Below are positions 26,885-37,127 of a stretch of 64,000 bases of DNA, piece by piece. Under the pieces are notes generated by a model that worked only from the letters and a program-made list of their open reading frames with translations, ran no database searches and was not told the DNA's origin. Both the position numbers and the translations under genes were made by a program. The stretch is from Histomonas meleagridis 2922-C6/04-290x. Lineage: Eukaryota; Protista; Parabasalia. The stretch is from the NCBI GenBank assembly GCA_020184695.1, contig JAANOX010000199.1, positions 1-64,000 on the forward strand, written 5' to 3'. Each line of letters starts with the position of its first letter. Position 1 is the first letter of the stretch.

Positions 26885-27532
26885 TTACACATGGAAAAAT
26901 TCGTGGTACGCAGCATTGCAACTTTGGATAACTTTCTTTGCTTTGTTCGCACCTTCCATTTCAAATGTTTTCATGTCTTTATGTTCAAGCATTTGGCTGT
27001 CATCGAAAAATTGATTGATTTGGATCATTTTATGAGGTGGAAGTTCGGATATATCGAAATATATATTATACTCAGGATCAGTAACACATACCCCGATGAT
27101 TATATCATCGCTTTTACCTTTGTTTATTGTGGGCATAACACCAATTGGGCGAGCTTTCATGAGACATAATGGTGGAACCGAAAGTTGACATAAAATAAAT
27201 ATACCAAGTGGACCACCTGCGTCGGTTAGAGTTTCTGGTATTAAGCCATAATTTGCTGGGAAAACAGTGGATGAAAAGAGAATTCGATCAACTTTAAGAA
27301 GACCTGTTGGATTATCAACAGATGTTTTTAGCCTAGACTCTGCTGGCGTTTCGACAACACAAGCAACAACTTTGGGACTAGCTTGACCAATTGGAACATT
27401 ATGCCATGGATGATGCATCATCATAGAACGATCAGAAACTTTCTTGGGTGAAACTATTTTTGATTCAGGTTTGTGAAAGACCATATCCAAATACAACCTG
27501 TATTCGTTATCATCGCTTTCAGATGGAATCAT
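26885..27532 (-). CDS. Family I soluble inorganic pyrophosphatase homolog with substituted catalytic residues
   Basis: HPWH, VDRIL, PANYGLIPETL and RPIGVM motifs are present, but DGDPLD reads AGGPLG. Confidence 0.85.
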   Translation of the reverse strand: MIPSESDDNEYRLYLDMVFHKPESKIVSPKKVSDRSMMMHHPWHNVPIGQASPKVVACVVETPAESRLKTSVDNPTGLLKVDRILFSSTVFPANYGLIPETLTDAGGPLGIFILCQLSVPPLCLMKARPIGVMPTINKGKSDDIIIGVCVTDPEYNIYFDISELPPHKMIQINQFFDDSQMLEHKDMKTFEMEGANKAKKVIQSCNAAYHEFFHV

Positions 27533-27609
27533 TATTTTTTAGATTAAACGGCCGCCGTCATTTTTTTCACTTCATTTGAGACATTTGATATGAAAATGCG
27601 GTTTAAAAA
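27533..27609. promoter_or_regulatory. 77-bp bidirectional promoter between the PPase-like and CCZ1-like genes
   Basis: Divergent ATGs; contains tcacttcattt (Inr-like) and a GC-rich aaacggccgccgtc core. Confidence 0.6.
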
Positions 27610-28794
27610 ATGGAAAATAGTTTAAAAGATATTAAAATTCCAAAACTAATTTCATTCACAATATATGATGGAATTCCACCAAAAGAAGAAGGTGCAGATC
27701 CTTTAGTTTATTATTATTATCCAACAACTAAACTTGTAGACTTACAATATAACGAAGTTGGTTTATATCTTACATTTTTAGGATTTTGTCGAGATTTTCG
27801 ATCAAGTAAAGAATGCGAATATTTTGAAACAGATCAATATTTTACATGTCTTAAAAGTCTTGGCTCAGAAGTTTATTGCAGTGCTACGTTTGAAAACATT
27901 GGACGAACGCAATTACAACGTCAATTACTTCCAGAATTATTGGATATTTTTTGTCACATTTATCATATGTGGTTTGGTTTTCCGAAACGAGAAAAGGAAA
28001 ATTTGACGTCAGAAAGTTTAAGACATATTAAACGTAGCGAAGAGCTTCTCGGTATCTTTTCAAATCGCCCATTTCTATTACGTTTATCACCATCACATGA
28101 TCTTTGGGAACTTAGCGAATCGATTATTGCTGACTGTAAACAAGTTTCACCACAATTAAAAGGAATTTTATTTTTTTATCGCGAATATTTTGTTCATGGT
28201 AATTTATCACTGAAAGATACGCAAAGTTTATATCATTGTTATCGAAATAATAATTTTATTGAACGATTTACGACACAATTCAATAGTCAGGAATTTTCGA
28301 AAGGCACATTAGAAAGTGGCGAAAAGTTTTATTGCATTGCGTATGAAAAAGACGAAATTTTGATCTTTTTGATCTTTAGCATTCCAATCACGAAAGAAAT
28401 CATTTACAAAAGTATCGAAAACGCCATAAAATCAAATTTCTCTAACATTAAACAACAATTTTCATCGCGATTCTTGAGCAGCGCTGTCACAATTCCGAAT
28501 TCGCATTTTGATCAAAAGTTTTTACTTACGAACACAATTAATCGGAAACAACAAACGAACAATAACAATAACAGTAACAGTAACAAAGACAAAATCACAT
28601 TTGAGAACACGACAACATTCGAACAAACGAACGACGAATTTGTTCGATTTATTGGACAAATTGATGGATCAGAGTGGTTATATATTGAGAAAGACAGCAA
28701 CGGAATTACGCAGCTGCAGTACAAAGGATTCAAATCATTCTCAGAAACAGTTTCGAGTTGTGTTCAATATTTACGTGTTTCAAATTTTGGTTAA
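27610..28794 (+). CDS. CCZ1: CCZ1-like longin-domain protein (Mon1-Ccz1 Rab7 GEF subunit family)
   Basis: N-terminal FTIYDG..KEEG.DPLVYYYYP...Q..EVGL..TF..F..DF matches the first longin domain of Ccz1/Intu. Confidence 0.6.
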   Translation: MENSLKDIKIPKLISFTIYDGIPPKEEGADPLVYYYYPTTKLVDLQYNEVGLYLTFLGFCRDFRSSKECEYFETDQYFTCLKSLGSEVYCSATFENIGRTQLQRQLLPELLDIFCHIYHMWFGFPKREKENLTSESLRHIKRSEELLGIFSNRPFLLRLSPSHDLWELSESIIADCKQVSPQLKGILFFYREYFVHGNLSLKDTQSLYHCYRNNNFIERFTTQFNSQEFSKGTLESGEKFYCIAYEKDEILIFLIFSIPITKEIIYKSIENAIKSNFSNIKQQFSSRFLSSAVTIPNSHFDQKFLLTNTINRKQQTNNNNNSNSNKDKITFENTTTFEQTNDEFVRFIGQIDGSEWLYIEKDSNGITQLQYKGFKSFSETVSSCVQYLRVSNFG

Positions 28795-29255
28795 ATAAAA
28801 ATAAAATGTTTTTGAGTAATTTTCATGAATAAGTCACATGCTGAACATAGAAATAATCGATAAAAGATAAATTTTCGTGCGCTGGATATCTAAAATTGTG
28901 ATAATTCTTTTAACTTTGTACTTAGAATTGCATCGTCAAATGTCATACAAAGCAATTGGGAAACACTAAAAAAGACAATGATGATAAAAAGATAGATTCA
29001 AGAAGTTGAACATCAATAGCTAACTTTGTGTAAAAATTGTTATTCAAAATAATAAATTTATTAATAAGTCACTGAATAACATTTATTTGTTGGCATTGAA
29101 ATTTCTGCTGATAAAAAATATGATGATTTAAGTGTTGTATCTTAATTCTTTAAAGAAAGCAGTGGTATACTTAAATTTCTAAGGAATTACTCATTATTAT
29201 GTTGAATTATTATTGTAAATTGATAAAATGATTATATCATAATTCAAATTATATT

Positions 29256-29618
29256 TTACTCAGTGATAACTGAAACTTCAACATGAACTTCGGGTTCAAG
29301 ACCAATTTGTGTAACCTGCTTTACAGCGGCAGGTGTTCCAACAAAGTCAATAACACGCTTGTAAATACGAAGTTCAAGATGATCGTATGTTTCAGTACCG
29401 TTACCACATGGTGCTCTGCGGGTTGTGATCCTAAGTCTGCGGCGTGGCATTGGGATTGGTCCACGAACTTTGAGATGTTCAGCCTTAAGTTTTTGAGTTA
29501 AGTTATTGCAAACTTTTTGAAGATTTGGGAGCTTTGAAGATGTGATTGTGAGGCGAATGCGCTGTTGTGCTTGGGTTGTAGCAACTTCCTTCTTTTCATC
29601 ACCAGTTGGGACGCTCAT
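29256..29618 (-). CDS. RPS20: 40S ribosomal protein S20 (uS10); start MSVPTG at 29,618
   Basis: RIRLTITS, VRGPIPMP, ITTRRAPCGNGTETYDHLELRIYKRVID signature. Confidence 0.97.
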   Translation of the reverse strand: MSVPTGDEKKEVATTQAQQRIRLTITSSKLPNLQKVCNNLTQKLKAEHLKVRGPIPMPRRRLRITTRRAPCGNGTETYDHLELRIYKRVIDFVGTPAAVKQVTQIGLEPEVHVEVSVITE

Positions 29619-29621
29619 TGG

Positions 29622-29627
29622 AAAAGG
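29622..29627 (-). promoter_or_regulatory. M5-like CCTTT element just upstream of RPS20
   Basis: Minus strand reads ctttccttttccaATG; CCTTT is the trichomonad Inr alternative associated with ribosomal-protein genes. Confidence 0.55.
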
Positions 29628-29711
29628 AAAGACCAAACCGCCCAACGATAGAAAAACCATTTTCAAAGTATGGACATTTTATTATAAAATAAAAATACGT
29701 TAATTGCCCAG

Positions 29712-30811
29712 ATGGAGCTTTTTGAGGCTTCAAAAGCCAATAATATCGAAAAAATTAAGTTACTAATTGACGAAGGAAAGGATGTTAATGCTAAAGTTTT
29801 TAGTTTTGATTTATAGTTTCTTTCATTATCTTTTTGTTTATTTATAATTACCCGAATGTTTTTCTTTACGATAAGATGTTTCTTTATTTGTTTTGAAACA
29901 GCACTCCATTGGGCTGCTATTAATGGTTCTTTAGAAGCAACAAAAATTCTTATTGAAAAAGGTGCTGATCCAAATGCTCAAACTGTCTATTTTATAACAT
30001 TTCTGTTTATCTTTATATCATTATGTTTATTTTTTGTTTATTTTGTTTCATTAATAATTTTAAAGAAACTCCTTTACATCTTGCTATTCAAGAGAATCAA
30101 AAATCAATAATTCGTTTTCTAATAGATAATGGATCAAATCCAAATATCAAAGTTTTTTCTTGTTTTACAATGTTTCTTTTATATTTTATTATGAAGTTTC
30201 ATTATTTAAAATGGAATTTCTTTAAATTATTTGAGAACAGTATTTTTCTAGCAATTCGATGGTCTGATGCGGAAATTCTTGAATTACTACTTGATAAAAA
30301 TGGAGATCCAAACACATATAACAAATTAGCTGCTTCACCTCTTCATCTTTGTGTTGATTTTCGTGATTATGATTGTGCACGAACTCTTCTTAAGCATAAT
30401 GCTAATCCAAATTATCAAAACAATGATGGAAAAACGCCATTTCATAATGCTGTTGAACAAAGAGAATACAAACTTTCATCAATCTTTGCTGAAAATGGAG
30501 CGAATTCTGAAATTCGTGATGCACAACTTAGAACTGTTTGGATGCTTGCTGATGATAGTTTTAAAAGAAAAGTATTACATGATGAGAAAGGTAAAATGAA
30601 TGAAGAAATAAGAAAAGAAATCAATGAAAATGAAAATGGTTCAGAGGGAATGAAAGATATTTGCTTTTTATGCAAAACGAGAAAAGCTAATAGAGTGCTT
30701 TTGCCTTGTGGTCACCGAGTACTGTGTTCTTATTGTTCAAGAAAATTTTTAGAACAATATAATATTTGTCCGAAGTGCCACATGGCAGTTTTCGGCTCTT
30801 CATTAAGATAG
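29712..30811 (+). CDS. Ankyrin-repeat plus C-terminal C3HC4 RING protein, interrupted by three AT-rich spacers (29,799-29,897; 29,985-30,067; 30,155-30,235)
   Basis: MELFEASKANN..DVNAK / ETALHWAAING..DPNAQT / ETPLHLAIQE..NPNIK / ENSIFLA, then uninterrupted ankyrins and CFLCK..LLPCGH..CSYC..CPKC. Spacer 1 has an in-frame stop; spacer 2 shifts the frame. Confidence 0.8.
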
Positions 30812-30946
30812 AATATAAAAAGTATGTATGCGATTTTTAAAAATATATATTCTTCATAAAATAAAACATATATTTCTTTTTAAATTGGTTCTTTTCGTAA
30901 AAGCCTTTTTTATGAAAATATGATGAGGTGCCCCATTTACAAAAAA

Positions 30947-31513
30947 ATGAGTTTTTTCAACTTTTTGCGCTCCTTCCCAGAGTTCCACTTCATGCTCGAT
31001 GCATTTAATGAAACAATTACTGCAGAAGAAAAATTGTTAGAAAGTATCGAAAAAACTTTTTCTGATAATTTTTCGGAATTTGCATTTTCTCTTCCAAAAG
31101 AACTTTCTACTGGATTAAAAAACATAAGATATGCTGGCATTCATCAAGCAAATGCCGAAAAAGAATTGGTTTCAACTTTGAAACCACTTCCAAATGATCT
31201 CCAAATTCTTCAAGTTCTTCAAGAAAACATCAAAAAAAGAACCACTGTTTTAGAAAATGAAAATGGTGGTCAACCAGTTGATCCTGACGTTATCAAAAAT
31301 GATTCTGAAATTCAAGAAAACAAAAGACAATTTGTGAAAGAACTATCATTCGTTCTTTGTGAGTTTGTACAAGCTAGAGCTAGAAATGCTGATCAATTGG
31401 TTTCTGTTAGTCATGAGTTTTCTGAAGCAGCTCTTTCATTTTGTGAATATGAAGATCCATCGATTCCAAAACTCGAAAATCTTTTAAAAGAACTCGAATA
31501 TGAAACAGTTTAG
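30947..31513 (+). CDS. Helical hypothetical protein; probable start MSFFNF
   Basis: Clean ORF with an A-rich start context at 30,947. Confidence 0.7.
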   Translation: MSFFNFLRSFPEFHFMLDAFNETITAEEKLLESIEKTFSDNFSEFAFSLPKELSTGLKNIRYAGIHQANAEKELVSTLKPLPNDLQILQVLQENIKKRTTVLENENGGQPVDPDVIKNDSEIQENKRQFVKELSFVLCEFVQARARNADQLVSVSHEFSEAALSFCEYEDPSIPKLENLLKELEYETV

Positions 31514-32014
31514 ATATGTTGTTTGTAAGTACTAAATAATGTTTAAATGTTCTTTTAACAATAATTATTTCTGTTTTTAGAAATTTAGAATGGATGAATT
31601 ATGAGTTATCAACAACTATCTGAATAAATAATTAAATTATCAAAAATCCAATTTAAATGAAAGCCTTTTACAATAAAATTTTATAAATCAAGAATGTTAT
31701 TATTATAATTATTATTCATAAAGTCGCAGGAAAAAGTATCCAAACACAATTTTAACATATTTCATTGTCATATTTTTGAAAACAACAACCCGATTAGTGA
31801 ATACAATTTTGAATTTATGTTTGCTTCGTGAGGTACAATGCATTGTTCCATCCAGTTATCTTGATTACAGCATCCGAATCCCATAATTACTTGATTAAGT
31901 TGCGGCGCATAATGTTAGAATGAAATATATTTTAGATTTAAGATAAATTCGTTTAAAAAATCAAAGACGTTAAGTCACCTCACGCAAAATAGACATGCTA
32001 TATGAAATGTATTA

Positions 32015-33076
32015 ATGTTTGTACTTTTCTTCACCTTTTCTTTTTTAAGGGATCCAAGAACATTATACATTGATAACACACAAGACGGAGACTGCCTTTC
32101 TACTCCATGTTCAATGAGGACAGCAACATTGATTGTACGAACTGCTGATACACTAATATTTCCATCAGGAACCATTCATCCAACATCATATCCATCTGAT
32201 TTTTCTGATTTATTCATACAACTTTCCCTTATGAACACTACAGTTAATGGAAAAGGCACTATTGTTGATGGAACATATCTTGCAGGCGAAATGTTATGGC
32301 AAATCACAAGTCAACCCACATATACATGGTGTTTATTTAACGATTGGGTATTTACAAAGTTTTCAAAGCCAATAGCAACCCGTCAATTTGCATGGTCCAC
32401 TGCACCCTATATAATATTCCGAGATTGCACATTTCTTGATTCCACCACAGATCTTTTCATAATGAAAGGGGGCACTCTCATCTTTGAGAACTGTGTCTTC
32501 AAGAATATCACAGGTCGGGCTGTTAAATCTATTTCCGAGTTTCGATCAGATTTTGTAGATTGTATTTTCGAAAACTGTAATTCCTTATTTTTCCAAAGCA
32601 GCAGTGGCACATTTACCAACTGCAAGTTCATTGGGATGCATGGACAAAGAGGCGGCGCCATTTATGCGATTCGATCAACAATATCAATAATTAATTGTCA
32701 CTTCATAAATTGTATAGCTGATGTGAGCGGTGGTGCTCTGTACATCAGAGACTCGCCAGAGAAATATGAGAGCGAAGTAATTGATTCGTGTTTCATAAAT
32801 ACAAAAGCTGAAGTAAACGGAAGCGCAATTTATGTATACGAATCGAACTTGGCGCTTTCGCGAAATTGTTTCGAAAGTGAATCAAGTGTTTATGCATTTG
32901 GAAGTAATGTTTCAAATGAAGAAACTAAATATGATGCGAAATGTAATGAATGCTTAAAGAAAGAGCCGAAAAAGTATATAGAAATAGACTACACACCAAC
33001 GGATACAAATAAATGGTTCCAATTCGATGATTTGAAATCAGGAACAACAATCGTTGTCGGGGATGACGAATTGTAA
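32015..33076 (+). CDS. Secreted or surface right-handed beta-helix (Pmp-like) protein
   Basis: Hydrophobic N-terminus; repeated F.NC.F and GGAIY/GGALY/GSAIY motifs. Confidence 0.75.
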   Translation: MFVLFFTFSFLRDPRTLYIDNTQDGDCLSTPCSMRTATLIVRTADTLIFPSGTIHPTSYPSDFSDLFIQLSLMNTTVNGKGTIVDGTYLAGEMLWQITSQPTYTWCLFNDWVFTKFSKPIATRQFAWSTAPYIIFRDCTFLDSTTDLFIMKGGTLIFENCVFKNITGRAVKSISEFRSDFVDCIFENCNSLFFQSSSGTFTNCKFIGMHGQRGGAIYAIRSTISIINCHFINCIADVSGGALYIRDSPEKYESEVIDSCFINTKAEVNGSAIYVYESNLALSRNCFESESSVYAFGSNVSNEETKYDAKCNECLKKEPKKYIEIDYTPTDTNKWFQFDDLKSGTTIVVGDDEL

Positions 33077-33879
33077 AAAATACACAATAAAATGTATATA
33101 TGGATAATATTATTTATATCAACATGAAAAATTATATATAATGAAAAACCTGTTTTCACAACAACCTGTAACAAATTTTTAGATAAATAATAAAATTTTT
33201 ATATTGTTTGTGTGTTGATCGAAATTTCAACGTCTGTTCAGTCCGAAAAATATGAATTAATCAGAATATGTAAAGAAAATCGATTTAACATAATGAATCG
33301 ATTAGTAAAACTTATTTATTGTTTCAATTGGAATAATGTCCAAAACTTCCGATGCACCAAGATAAAAATTTTATGTGATGTGAATCGAAAAATGTCAATG
33401 GGTATTCATCAAAAATTATTTTTTTTGTAATTTTTATTTAAATTTATTCATTGCATATGATATAATTGTGTATAGCAAAATACACAGGAACGATGGGTGC
33501 AAAAAGTAATGAGCCCTCCATCTTAACTTTCTAAATAATGAAAGCTGGCCATTTTTTACTATATCATGTCAACCAGCAAGCTTCCATATCATGATATGAT
33601 TCATTTTTTAAGGTGGGAGGACAATATATATAGATATTGATTTATTCTAAGATAATATGTAAAATTGATCATTATATATGAACTACAAATTTCTGTTGCC
33701 ATATATAAATTGCCGATTATAATATATTCGAAATTTGAATCAAAGACATAAATCAAAAAAAAAAAAAAAAAAAATAAAAAAAAATGTAATGAACAGCATA
33801 AAATAAGATTTTACTTATGTATTTTTTTCGACCTAGGTCAAAAAAGAATTCTTAATCATAGTAAATCATAGTTTTTGTG

Positions 33880-34130
33880 TTATATCCGTCTTTGAGGATG
33901 CTATCTAAATACTGTTTTCAATAATTTAAATAATTTTCAAAATAAAACAAATAAATTTCTTAATTCCATTTCGTTCAAGAAGAAATTTAACAATTTCTGT
34001 GGTACCATTTACAGATGAATTGAAAAGAGTTCGAAATTTTTTGGAAAAATATTAAATATTTTTGAATCTTTCAATAATTTTATAAAAATTATAAAAATAT
34101 TAAACATCTCTAGTGATATCAACATAATTA
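33880..34130 (-). pseudogene. Decayed ankyrin-repeat relic
   Basis: Minus strand reads RTLFNSSVNGTTEIVKFLLERNGI, then a shortened spacer (tttatttgttttattttgaaaattatttaaattattg), then TVFR*. Confidence 0.55.
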
Positions 34131-34599
34131 TTTTTTATAGAGAACTATTCATAGAGAACATATTTAGTAATATACAATTAATAAATTTTTTATGATTTAA
34201 TTTTGTAGTTTTCGCAATATTCCTGTTTTCACTCACTTCACCAAGGAGAACGTTAATATGAAGAAATCTTTTTTCTCGATTTTTTTTAAATATTTTAATT
34301 AATTCATATTTTTGGGACTGAATATATGTTAAAATTTCAATTTGCTAACAAAATATATAAAAATTTATGATTTATCTAAAACTTTGTTGTTGGTCTACAT
34401 GTTTTTATCACGGCAGTCTATAGTATAAGCTTATATACCTATTTTGGAGTAACATCATCTTTTAATTAAGAGTTGTTTTTCTTGAAATCTTCGGAAGATA
34501 AACGTACTAGTCACCAGTTCTGAATCAGAACTTCAGGTTAAATATTATGTTTTCTCTCGATTTATTAATAAATTAGAAGAACACTTACCAAAGTCTAAA

Positions 34600-34841
34600 T
34601 TAAATGGCACCTTTTTCACCAAGTAATTGTTTTTTTTCTCTGGAAACCAACCGTTTAGCTAATTCAATAGCTGTTTCGAATTATTAAAACATATTCCAAA
34701 TAATCAAAACATATTCCAAATTATTAAAACATATATAAAATTATTCAAATGAATATATTTTTCATTAACATCAATTCCTTTATCTAAAAGTAATTTTACT
34801 ATTTCTATATTATTATTTCTAACTGCTATATGAAGTGCTGT
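34600..34841 (-). pseudogene. Ankyrin gene fragment missed by the ORF track, with an exact 80-nt spacer at 34,675-34,754
   Basis: TALHIAVRNNNIEIVKLLLDKGIDVNEKY (34,841-34,755), spacer, then TAIELAKRLVSREKKQLLGEKGAI* (34,674-34,600). No intact 5-prime part is visible. Confidence 0.75.
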
Positions 34842-34925
34842 TTCAAATTATAAAAACATATTTCAAATTATTAAAACATATTTCAAATTATTAAAACATA
34901 TTTCAAATTATTAAAACATACATAA
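34842..34925. repeat. 20-bp minisatellite (tttcaaattattaaaacata, about 4 copies) forming the upstream ankyrin spacer
   Basis: Near-perfect tandem copies directly abutting the TAL codon on the minus strand. Confidence 0.85.
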
Positions 34926-35182
34926 AATCGGCTTATAGTGATTGAGAAAAGATGCATATGGATTATTAACAATCTCATTAAACAAAAACAATTTTTAATT
35001 TTTATTCAGCAAAATAAGGGTGGAAGTAACCCTTTCGAAAGTATTAACATTATTATGTATAAAATCATATTCATAAGTATTCTACAATTTGTCCATTTAC
35101 GTATTTAAAAACAAATTTAAAGTTTCTTCAGTCCAATTGCAAATGTTTTCTCAAAACGAATTATTAAATTCACTTTAATTCT

Positions 35183-36490
35183 TTAGTTAATCAGTTTGCA
35201 TCTTGCGTATAGTGCGTCTACGACTCCGTCCATCTGTTCAATTAGTTCTATCGACTGTGTGAGCAGTTCGTTTTCTTCCTCGTCCTCGAATATGTTCAGT
35301 ATTCCGTCGCTTTGGTTAATTGACGCCTTCAGTTTCTGGTCCAATATCATTTGCACCAACTTCGCCTCGACTTCTTCGACCGGCAAATTGATCATTTCGG
35401 CGATCCGCGACAACTCGACTGCAGAGTACGGCTTGACAATCCTCAGAAGGTTTTGTTCTTCCAAACTATCAATCAAGTTATGTATGTTCGACGCGACGAC
35501 GGGGTCGTTCTCCAAGTCGTTATGTCTTCTTTCCATTATCTCTGTCAGTTGTTTAAGTGATTTCGCTTCAGATGCTTTTCCGATTTCGAGCATTGCTTCG
35601 ATTTCGTTCTTAGCATTAGAATCATCACCTGATGTGGAATGCAAATGCGTTAATGTTAACGCAGAGTTTTGATATATCGAAAAACATTCGTTAGGACGAT
35701 CGTCTAAGATCTTACATAACAAGTTATACTTTAGCGCATCTGTCGCTCGTGGATCATTGGCGCTAGAAAATGCATCAAATGCTTCAGAGAAATATGAGCT
35801 CGCTGTTCGGTAGTCTTTCTCTTCAGTGAATATGATGCCTGACTCTAAGTCTAATTGGCCTTGGAGTAATGGCGATGTGTAAACTGCCGCGGCGTTGGTG
35901 CGTGCTGCGGTGAGTGAAGCTTTGGCTCGACTGTAATCACCAAGGCCTCTAAAGGTACGGGATTCTATAAGATAGACTTCGATGAGTTGGGATTTGTGAT
36001 CAACTTTTCGAAGTTCGGTTGTAAGGCGTGAAATGATTTCAAGTGTCTCGTTGTAACGCTTGTCTTCAAGAAGAATCTCTGATAGTTCGATCTCAAGGCG
36101 TTGACGAAGAAGTGTGCGCTCTTCTTTAATGGACCATTGAATCCATTCTTGACAAAGTGAGATTTGAAGATCACGTGTATCGGGAACCTTACGCAAAGAT
36201 TGGATAATAAGACGAACTAATTTGGCTGTACGGGCTTTGGGAATTTGGATAAAATAGGGTTGAAGATGTGCAAGAAGTTGGGAATATTTAGATCCATCGC
36301 CAAGTGAAACATAGATAGAAAGAAGTGAAACAAGAACTTTCTCAAAGACACCTGCAACATCTTCAATGTGTTCGGTATCTTTAGTGATAAGATCAATTAA
36401 ATCTTCCAATTTTGCTGCACAATTTACTTCATCTTGAGACCTAAGTGCCATAATTTCGTCTAATTGCTGTGTGAATTCTTCTGGATCCAT
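35183..36490 (-). CDS. RPN6: 26S proteasome lid subunit Rpn6/PSMD11; start MDPEEF
   Basis: ERTLLRQRLE, KASLTAARTNA, LQGQLDLESGI, DYRTASSYFSEAF, ALKYNLLCKIL and a C-terminal PCI domain (LEEQNLLRIVKPYS). Confidence 0.93.
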   Translation of the reverse strand: MDPEEFTQQLDEIMALRSQDEVNCAAKLEDLIDLITKDTEHIEDVAGVFEKVLVSLLSIYVSLGDGSKYSQLLAHLQPYFIQIPKARTAKLVRLIIQSLRKVPDTRDLQISLCQEWIQWSIKEERTLLRQRLEIELSEILLEDKRYNETLEIISRLTTELRKVDHKSQLIEVYLIESRTFRGLGDYSRAKASLTAARTNAAAVYTSPLLQGQLDLESGIIFTEEKDYRTASSYFSEAFDAFSSANDPRATDALKYNLLCKILDDRPNECFSIYQNSALTLTHLHSTSGDDSNAKNEIEAMLEIGKASEAKSLKQLTEIMERRHNDLENDPVVASNIHNLIDSLEEQNLLRIVKPYSAVELSRIAEMINLPVEEVEAKLVQMILDQKLKASINQSDGILNIFEDEEENELLTQSIELIEQMDGVVDALYARCKLIN

Positions 36491-36585
36491 GTTTGCAATT
36501 TGTTTTGAAAGTTGGTCAGATGATTTTACATCACATTTCACAAAAAAGACGATCAGAATTGTATAGTTTATTCAAGTGTAACTGA

Positions 36586-36891
36586 ATGGAAAACAAACAA
36601 GACCCACCACCTCAAATATCTTTACGTGCTGCTCAGGCTTTACATAAACCACTTAGAGCTGATCCAGAATACTTCAATTCTTTTTCAATGATTCCAATTA
36701 TTTTTTCATTGTTTGGATTTATTAAAATTAATCCAACATTTAATTGGATTGGAATCTTCATCTTAATATCAATGATAGTAAATCGAGGAAGAGATAAATC
36801 TTTAATTTCACAAGCATTTTTCGCATTTGCTATTTCACTTTTCTTAACAGGATTTTTATACTATAAAATGGCTCAAGGCTTTGGACAATAA
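36586..36891 (+). CDS. Asterix/PAT10 (WDR83OS, UPF0139)-like small membrane protein
   Basis: DPEYFNSFSMI..IFSLFG....WIGIF..IS...N resembles Asterix DYMNLLGMIFSMCG....WVAVYCSFISFAN; divergent from Rpn6. Confidence 0.55.
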   Translation: MENKQDPPPQISLRAAQALHKPLRADPEYFNSFSMIPIIFSLFGFIKINPTFNWIGIFILISMIVNRGRDKSLISQAFFAFAISLFLTGFLYYKMAQGFGQ

Positions 36892-37127
36892 ACAATTAGA
36901 ATGTTTTTAACATTTTTTTTTGTACATTTTGAAAAAAATTAATTTTTAAAATTTAATATAAAACAAACATTATTATTTAAAAAAAAAACTAATTGTTAAA
37001 ATGAGTGAAACAACATTAAACTTTAAAGTTACATATGTATAAAAGTTATTTTGCATGAAAAAATGAAAAATTTGTAAAAACGTACAAAGTAAACGGTTTT
37101 AAGATTTTTGGCTAAACATAAAAAATC

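Noticed and set aside
33755-33784. Poly-A tract as a retroelement tail
   Set aside because: No target-site duplication or recognisable element body was seen; homopolymers are common here.
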